Below are positions 58,001 to 64,000 of a stretch of 64,000 bases of DNA, piece after piece (within the stretch, counting starts at the first letter, position 1; each line of letters starts with the position of its first letter). The DNA is from an uncultured virus (IMG/VR IMGVR_UViG_3300021091_000023) (Duplodnaviria; Heunggongvirae; Uroviricota; Caudoviricetes): the IMG/VR virus record IMGVR_UViG_3300021091_000023; one strand, given 5' to 3'. The notes under the pieces are model-generated. The model was not told the DNA's origin. It saw only the letters and a program-made list of their open reading frames with translations, and made no database searches. A program made the translations under genes and the position numbers.

Positions 58001-61000
58001 TTGTTGGTAATTTTACAACATATGGTGGAAGTTCAGTACCAAAAAAAATAATGAAAATAAACGCCGATGGTACTGAAAATACAACTTTCTCAGCGAACGG
58101 AGGTGCTGGGATTGATTTAACCACAGCCACTTCTAAGGCTAATGATGTTATTGAACAACCGTGGGACGGAAAAATATTAGTTGTAGGTAAATTCAATAAA
58201 TATAATAACACAACAATAACCGGCGATAATATTATTAGACTAAATTCCAACGGTACGATTGATGGTACATTTAACCCGCCGAACGCAAGTACAAGTGAAT
58301 ATAGAAGAGTTGTAGTGGACAGTAACCCGTCTAGTCCATATTATGGTTATCTTTATGTTGGTGTAAGTTTTTTTAATAACGGCTATGTTAGAAGATTTTT
58401 ACCCAATGGTTCTATTGATAATACTTTCCCAATTATTGGTGCAACATTTAATATTGATATTTTAAGTTTGAAAATAGATATTAATAATAAAATTTTAGTT
58501 GGGTTTAGTGGTTCATTTACATTAAATTCTGTAACATATAAAGGTATTATAAGATTAAATACTGACGGAACAGTAGACACAACCTTCAATCAAAATGGGG
58601 TTGGTTTCAATAATACAGTAAGTGTTAATGCAATTGAAATAGACACTAATAATAATATAGTATTAGGTGGGTCTAGCAACTTCACATATAATGGTATAAG
58701 TAGAACCAATGTTTTAAGATTATTACCTGACGGGACTTTAGACGGTACATTTGACTACGGACTTAATTTTTCAACATTTACAGGGAAGGTATATGATTTG
58801 AAAATTTTAAGTAATCAAACTATAATTATCGGTGGTTATTTCGGAAGTTCAGTAAGTGTTGCTCAAAAAAATATAAGGTTACTTAATTCTGTTGGTCAAA
58901 ATCAAGCCGCATTTGCTTGGACTAACCCGATACCCCCTCCGCTAACTGCTTGGAACAACGTAGCAAGAGGATACATTGCATATACCTCTGATATTTTCAG
59001 AAATTTTGATTCACATGAAATCATATTTTTAACAAGAGGTACTGATACATACACACCGAAACAAACAATAGAATATGATTTATCAAGATTATTTAATGCA
59101 CCAACAGGTACTGTCAAAGTCAAAGGTGAGTATTATTTGAATATTCCTATACAAAATAACTCACCATTTGATAATACCGTCCAAACTTGGGCAATACCTG
59201 GAGTCACATCGAACGTTTGGAAAGATAGTCATTTTACACCCGAAAGTCATGATGTTATTAATAATAAAAATCCAGTATTATATCATAAAACTTACAATGA
59301 TTTTTTGATACCACAAAATTCATGGACTGCATTTACAAATAATGCGGTAAAATATTATACGTCAACTGACAAATCTAGACGTACACATAAAGCATATAAT
59401 GGAGACCAATGGGCTCTTGAAAATTTTACATCGGCACCTGGTGTCAATTCCAATGTTAATTATGTGTGGTCAGATGGTAGTAATACGTTAGGTATTTCTT
59501 GGACAATCGGAGATCCCGAAGATATTATTGACCCACTAAACCCTACTTATACTAATAATGTTGTGTATGGTCAAGGGTTTATAGAAGGAGTGTCTGTTAT
59601 GGCATCAACTGTGAGTCCGGGAACAACCCAAGATATTGAAGATCCCACATTCTTTGCAAGAATATTTGCACCCTCATATCATTTAGAAAACCCACAAGAT
59701 GTATTGATAGACAACAGACAAAGGTTGGTACTTAGAAGTGATAGATTACCAACATCAACAACGACTGAAGTCACTGGTAATAATTCTTTACCTTTATTTT
59801 TAAATGAGGCGTTTTATATTACTAAGGTTTTTGAAAACGGTGAAACATTTGAACTTAGTATTAGTATTAATCAAACAATTGATAATTCAAATACTCAGGA
59901 TATCTCAGGAGACACCCCAAGTGCTATTTCAGATGCAATTATAAATAGTTTATCTTGTGACGGGTTAACGAGTTTAAGTTGTTATAGTGGTTTTGGTGGT
60001 AATTTTGGTGTTATTGCACCATGTGCAGCAAATAATGACGGCAATTTACAAACACAAAGAATCATTGGAGGGTGTTATTATTTTGTACAACCTGAATATT
60101 TAAATCAAAGTTCAATAAATACAGACATACAATTTTTTAAAGAGTGGAGAGCTAGATTTACATTAACATTTGCTGCTTGTAGAGGAGTAATAAGTCACGT
60201 ATTTCAAAACAACTGGATAAATGGATCATTATATGCTTTTTCATTCAAAAAAAAGAACATATTTAATTCTCAAGGTGAACTACAAAACTATAATTATTGT
60301 GGGTCAAATAATGGGTTGATAAATCCAGTAAGAGAAAATCAAGGACCTATTTTTTATGAAAAAAATAAAAACACTTTTATATATAGATGTACACCTTATG
60401 AATATCAAACAGATAAATTTATAGGACAAAAACCAAGATATAAAGAATTTTTTGGGTTAGGTGATTGGGTTAATGCGGACTTCAAAGGAATGAATAAAAG
60501 AAATATTTATTATCCAACGACAATCATGGATTTGGGCCCAAGAGATGAGTTCGCTAAAGAAATATGTTTCAACCCGCAACTTGATGGTTATTTAGTTGAA
60601 ACAATACAAAGTTCATCATACAACGACACTAGCGATATATTGTTATTTTTTATTCTTTCAAGGCTCCTTTCAAGTACTTTAGGTAATTTTATAACAACAG
60701 GTAATAAACAATTGAACGCTCTATTCAGTAGAGAAGAAGATAGGTTAGATGGTGACGTTGTTCAAATGTTTAGTATAAATTCTGAATATGGAATTGTACC
60801 ATTTAATGATGACAATTATAATGATGACGACTTATTTATGTTCGGTGCAGTTAATTCAGAAGGAGACTTAGGACCAACAATTGGGTTATATTTTTCATCT
60901 AACACTAGAAATAGGATACTTTTAACTCCTGGTATTCAAACATATGGGACTGTTTTACAAAATAATGGATACCCTAAAACACAAAGAGTACCTATGTATA

Positions 61001-61341
61001 AATGGGAATATGATACTACTTCTAATTTATTTGGAAGTGAATTAAATGAGTGGTATACAGATTTAGAGTCAGGAGGATTTTATTCAATTCCATACCAAAA
61101 GATGGGTTACAATACTGCGGCATATTTTCAGCCACAAAACGGAACAGGACCATTTAACGGGGCCACTGGGTACATCTTTAATTACGACAGTAACGGTAAT
61201 CCTAATCAAAATGTTTTGGAATGGCCAAATAACCAATCAAATCGTTTTGTGGTTGGTGCACCGTACCATTTTTATTTTGGTTTAGGTAAAGGAAAAACCG
61301 CTATGAACAGATACATAACTAAGTATATTATAGGAGGATAA
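55075..61341 (+). CDS. Large baseplate-region protein with a hydrophobic segment and delta-60-type beta-propeller repeats
   Basis: 2088 aa; N-terminal GRV...G.GVPNVSISIF...TNESGDF pattern; RLNxDGTxDxTF repeats at about 57800-58900. Confidence 0.65.
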   Translation: MSKKYRFRTKLNQDREIRLHIEQDFDMIEILSLKLKQSDVYTRFCADYGVVAGRVIANGGYGVPNVSISIFVPLSAQDENNTVISTLYPYKNSGQKNEDGYRYNLLPYKSEYGGHTPTGTFPDIEDVLKRKEVLEIYEKYYKYTVRTNESGDFMIVGVPLGMQTIVMDMDLSNIGCFSLRPSDLVRMGMGVESQFAGSQFRASENIESLPQIINSRKDIEVASFWGETDICDVGITRVDFDLRSLGINIEPQAVFMGSMFSTTEEDALGTNCKPKFDSGNLCDLVSAPGKILAIRQTIYTDTQGLPILEEYKLSDGGNVIDEEGTWLIEVPMNLDYVSTNEFGEQVLSNDPTVGIPTKGKYRFKIQYQNENSATAQVIRADYIVPNIKEYGWRNLPGSDENGPNNSSLQEKSYAFSLDWQDYAQIDPITSGFTTLGQQMIQEAINCEDRFFEFNFNRVYTVSSFLDRWKWGYNRSRHLGIKEITNRDCSTTTNRMPVNDGVRNFDLIFFLFSILILILHPIFIIIIILYHFIIWAYALLVDIVNGFVDFVNRIIIGFCRMINRIRSWIGWSQKDCEDDTIPRIPDRTFPRISLPMISYPDCDACNCETVQNPSQGSQPTNDLTLQRVNTSLLADTNSIESWSWAETSEYNKIQTYYCDVFPEGCDVTEDAFNFAISQGFAGFSGPTTNGKDRLQKIPIATWPSQDSRVGALGFNVSWGQKLNLMNARARYHGNESVMTITVKNKDFQNVEQVSGLMKDQPFILICDTGTISQLGGAGTLLSFTDIDQINDPNLTGGTLNQFGNNAVTGTTVHNNINLSNKTQYFIEPSYTSVVSSAVLKLKLTGSSQSYNFKGGVEYFQVITGGTLASFEQYLTGERWESFLGQYVYGGDMKFRWGKGWGREKIFGKAPDNVVISISLDTAGNIIIGGNFVKYGTTTTNKIAKIDDNGNYLSFNPTTGLNGIVYKLITNSSDETFVVGNFTTYGGSSVPKKIMKINADGTENTTFSANGGAGIDLTTATSKANDVIEQPWDGKILVVGKFNKYNNTTITGDNIIRLNSNGTIDGTFNPPNASTSEYRRVVVDSNPSSPYYGYLYVGVSFFNNGYVRRFLPNGSIDNTFPIIGATFNIDILSLKIDINNKILVGFSGSFTLNSVTYKGIIRLNTDGTVDTTFNQNGVGFNNTVSVNAIEIDTNNNIVLGGSSNFTYNGISRTNVLRLLPDGTLDGTFDYGLNFSTFTGKVYDLKILSNQTIIIGGYFGSSVSVAQKNIRLLNSVGQNQAAFAWTNPIPPPLTAWNNVARGYIAYTSDIFRNFDSHEIIFLTRGTDTYTPKQTIEYDLSRLFNAPTGTVKVKGEYYLNIPIQNNSPFDNTVQTWAIPGVTSNVWKDSHFTPESHDVINNKNPVLYHKTYNDFLIPQNSWTAFTNNAVKYYTSTDKSRRTHKAYNGDQWALENFTSAPGVNSNVNYVWSDGSNTLGISWTIGDPEDIIDPLNPTYTNNVVYGQGFIEGVSVMASTVSPGTTQDIEDPTFFARIFAPSYHLENPQDVLIDNRQRLVLRSDRLPTSTTTEVTGNNSLPLFLNEAFYITKVFENGETFELSISINQTIDNSNTQDISGDTPSAISDAIINSLSCDGLTSLSCYSGFGGNFGVIAPCAANNDGNLQTQRIIGGCYYFVQPEYLNQSSINTDIQFFKEWRARFTLTFAACRGVISHVFQNNWINGSLYAFSFKKKNIFNSQGELQNYNYCGSNNGLINPVRENQGPIFYEKNKNTFIYRCTPYEYQTDKFIGQKPRYKEFFGLGDWVNADFKGMNKRNIYYPTTIMDLGPRDEFAKEICFNPQLDGYLVETIQSSSYNDTSDILLFFILSRLLSSTLGNFITTGNKQLNALFSREEDRLDGDVVQMFSINSEYGIVPFNDDNYNDDDLFMFGAVNSEGDLGPTIGLYFSSNTRNRILLTPGIQTYGTVLQNNGYPKTQRVPMYKWEYDTTSNLFGSELNEWYTDLESGGFYSIPYQKMGYNTAAYFQPQNGTGPFNGATGYIFNYDSNGNPNQNVLEWPNNQSNRFVVGAPYHFYFGLGKGKTAMNRYITKYIIGG

Positions 61342-63110
61342 TGAGAAAACAAGATGAAATAAGAATTGTTTTAGGAAATAAGAGATATGCAGGTTCCTCT
61401 AATCAACCCGTGCAAATACAATTACCACTTAAAGGTGACGTTAGGAATTTTGTACAAGGTGATAGGTCTAACTTAGTTGATTTACAAGACATTTTTGACA
61501 GAGAAAGGCAAAACTCGACTAAATTTAGACTTGCGGGTAAAATTGTTAATATTTTTGACAACTCAGTTTCAGGTAAAACAAATTATACACCATTCAAAAA
61601 TAGTCTTTATTATGTTAAACCGGAGGTTTCTGTTACTAATAATATATGGCAAGGATTTCCACCTTATCAAGAATTTGAATTTATAAGAGAAACAATGATT
61701 AATGGACACGTTCCTTTTGTTTCTAAAAGTTCAACTACATATAATTGGTCAATTTACACGTCATACGCTTTCAGTAGTACAACGGCACAAACAATGTCAT
61801 ATACAGATGAAAAATTTAATGTAACAAATACTAATTTCAACGTAGCTGAAGGTATACCGTTTGTTATCAGTAACGGTTCCTTCAACGGGAAAGATCTTGT
61901 TTATTTTAATTGTGCAACTGAACATAATCTAAGTGCTGGTGAATTTGTTAAACTCAATATTACAATTGATGGTAAAAATGTTTTTCAAGTATTTGATTTA
62001 GGTGACGGCACATATAATACAGAAAAAAAAATATTTAGCATATATGATTTGAAATTTACTCCTGCTAGTATACAAACAGGGACTTATGGTAATTTTAAAA
62101 GAATTATAACAATAACAAACAGTGCTGAAACACAATCAAGGTATTATATTAGATTACATAAAATTCTAACTAATCAAGATGAAACTTTTTTAACTAAAAT
62201 GGCTTTTGAAAATAATCCGTTTCCTGTTAAGAAAAAATTAGAACTATCTGGACTGACACCCAATAACTTACAAAGAGTTTCAGTAAAAGACGGTAGACAA
62301 TCTTACGGGTTTTCAATAAATAAAGACATTGATATTGATAATATTATTGATAATAACGGTAAACCAATTACCGAACTATTTGTAACTATTGTAAATAAAG
62401 GATATGGTGGTTGGTTCAATAATCCAGCATTAGGTGCGAATAGCGCAATTGATATTGGATGGGAGTTTAATATAACAAAAAACCAAAATAACCCTTGGTG
62501 GACACATAGCTCAACAATTAATAAAGACAGCATTCCTTTTTCATTTTACCAAAAAAATAATTATACTTTTTTTTATAATAAGACTTTAAATGTTGGTGAT
62601 GTGTTGAAAGGTAGTTTTTGTGAATATAATGATATTGAACAAAAAGAATATGTTTTGTCAGACTTGTTTCATAAATATTCTTTCAATTATTTATTGTTTT
62701 CTAATAGTCAAATTAATCAAAACATACAAATAGGTGGAGGATTTTTGAGCAATATAAATTTGAGTGGGTTATTATCAGATCCAGAATTACCACAAGGTTA
62801 TTTATATAAACCACACTACTCAATACCGATAAAGTCTTTTAGTGATTATATAGAAACTGTACCAATTAATCAAATTAGTGACGTTCCATTTTACGCCTAC
62901 TATTCAAATGACAGTCAGCAATTATTATGGAGAGATATATATGAATTTGGTTTTGTTGATAGTGACGGAATAGGACTCAATTACCCATTTATAAATAACG
63001 CACATTACCCATTTAAAGAAATATTATTTATGCAATACCCAATAAATAGAGATATTAATGGATTGACGGGATCGATAATAAACCAACCAACAACAGATAA
63101 CTGTGAATAA
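61341..63110 (+). CDS. Hypothetical structural protein
   Basis: 589-aa ORF coupled to the previous gene. Confidence 0.65.
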   Translation: MRKQDEIRIVLGNKRYAGSSNQPVQIQLPLKGDVRNFVQGDRSNLVDLQDIFDRERQNSTKFRLAGKIVNIFDNSVSGKTNYTPFKNSLYYVKPEVSVTNNIWQGFPPYQEFEFIRETMINGHVPFVSKSSTTYNWSIYTSYAFSSTTAQTMSYTDEKFNVTNTNFNVAEGIPFVISNGSFNGKDLVYFNCATEHNLSAGEFVKLNITIDGKNVFQVFDLGDGTYNTEKKIFSIYDLKFTPASIQTGTYGNFKRIITITNSAETQSRYYIRLHKILTNQDETFLTKMAFENNPFPVKKKLELSGLTPNNLQRVSVKDGRQSYGFSINKDIDIDNIIDNNGKPITELFVTIVNKGYGGWFNNPALGANSAIDIGWEFNITKNQNNPWWTHSSTINKDSIPFSFYQKNNYTFFYNKTLNVGDVLKGSFCEYNDIEQKEYVLSDLFHKYSFNYLLFSNSQINQNIQIGGGFLSNINLSGLLSDPELPQGYLYKPHYSIPIKSFSDYIETVPINQISDVPFYAYYSNDSQQLLWRDIYEFGFVDSDGIGLNYPFINNAHYPFKEILFMQYPINRDINGLTGSIINQPTTDNCE

Positions 63111-63936
63111 TAACTATTTTAGAAAAATACAAACAGTAAATGAACAATTTATCAATATCCCTATTGAGTTAACATTCGATATGGAAGGTAGAGAAGATTT
63201 AATAAGTCAATGGGATAATCAAGTCATAGAAGAAGTATTAAATCCAATTAATGATTTCGAAATAACAAAATTTGCACACAAAGAGTATTCTGATAATAAT
63301 ATATTAAAAACAGCAATAAACTACGAGTTTTATTTTTTTGATTATCTTATTGATTTAACGGCATCCACAATAACAAACTGGAATACCGATTATGAAAACG
63401 CATCTTTTACTGATAGTGAAATATATTATTTTGCAAATTCATTTAAAGGTAGTTTTTTCAAACTAGATTTTTATGATAATAACATAAGTGAAACACAAAC
63501 AATTTTATTAAGTGTAATTATACCGACACAACAAGGACTAAAAGAGACTGGAACTATCGGACCACCACTTAACCAAACACAAGTTGAGGTTAAAAAACCA
63601 AAATTTGTTTTAGACTATTCTGGTGCTGATAAAGAAGGTTTTTATATATATTGGTTAAAAGATAGGGGATATATTGATATAAACGAATTCTATGTAAGTG
63701 CTAAATTTTTTAACGCAAAAAAAGGTCAGTTCGTTAGATTATTAAACACACCACAATCATCTTTTGTTGGTAATAATAGATTTAATATAGATAAAACAGA
63801 GTATTTTTATTATAAGTACGAATTAAATTATTCAACAAATCAATACGAAGTCTATACTTACGATAATAATATCGGAAATACTCAAAGAGTCGGGACCACA
63901 ACACCCATAACTTGGTATGAATACGCAAACCCATAA
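63103..63936 (+). CDS. Hypothetical structural protein
   Basis: 277-aa ORF overlapping the previous stop. Confidence 0.65.
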   Translation: MNNNYFRKIQTVNEQFINIPIELTFDMEGREDLISQWDNQVIEEVLNPINDFEITKFAHKEYSDNNILKTAINYEFYFFDYLIDLTASTITNWNTDYENASFTDSEIYYFANSFKGSFFKLDFYDNNISETQTILLSVIIPTQQGLKETGTIGPPLNQTQVEVKKPKFVLDYSGADKEGFYIYWLKDRGYIDINEFYVSAKFFNAKKGQFVRLLNTPQSSFVGNNRFNIDKTEYFYYKYELNYSTNQYEVYTYDNNIGNTQRVGTTTPITWYEYANP

Positions 63937-64000
63937 TGGAATCAGAAAGAATAAATATAATTATATCACCTGAAGTTTTAAAAAAGGATTTGTTTACTTT
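63936..64000 (+). CDS. 5' fragment of the next gene
   Basis: TAATG overlap; MESERINIIISPEVLKKDLFT... runs off the window. Confidence 0.55.
   Translation, partial: MESERINIIISPEVLKKDLFT

Noticed and set aside
618..62533. Many short antisense or overlapping ORFs in the track (e.g. 13058..13678, 41765..42181, 53663..54097, 55494..55979)
   Set aside because: They lie within well-supported genes and show no motifs or start context.
1..64000. Genome-wide stop-codon reassignment as an explanation for the TAA at 2684
   Set aside because: Long genes are intact under the standard code, and TAA, TAG and TGA all end genes normally; the interruption is local.
1..64000. tRNA/rRNA genes, DGR template repeat or reverse transcriptase, integrase, major capsid and terminase genes
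   Set aside because: None recognised by eye. Intergenic gaps are short and explained by terminators and promoters; a covariance-model scan would be needed to exclude small RNAs.

Overview
This is an AT-rich, densely coding 64 kb segment of a large T4-like (contractile-tailed) jumbo phage that uses the standard genetic code. TTTG-N19/20-TAnnTTTG promoters and A-rich, Shine-Dalgarno-poor start regions suggest a Bacteroidota host (inference). It holds neck, sheath, tube, tape-measure and baseplate genes, plus replication and nucleotide genes: PolB, gp32-like SSB, RecA/UvsX, 5'-3' exonuclease, DnaB, class II RNR, dUTPase and an SNF2 helicase. Two genes carry LAGLIDADG inteins. Highlights: (1) a glycosyltransferase interrupted by GGT-TAA-GGT just after a long GC-rich mRNA hairpin and overlapping a decayed homing endonuclease, resembling a minimal T4 gene 60/mobA-type bypass cassette; (2) a DUF1566 gene with a DGR-like variable region, a broken 5' end and a 77-bp in-frame repeat shared with a neighbouring fibre gene; (3) a candidate +1 frameshift (UUU-CGG) in the tail chaperone before the tape measure; (4) a Gly1 class 3 intein; (5) a metallopeptidase-SOD fusion; (6) recurrent Glu-terminated leader peptides on unrelated proteins; (7) a TATTTAT motif upstream of about 20 genes. 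All family calls come from motif recognition by eye; no database searches were run.
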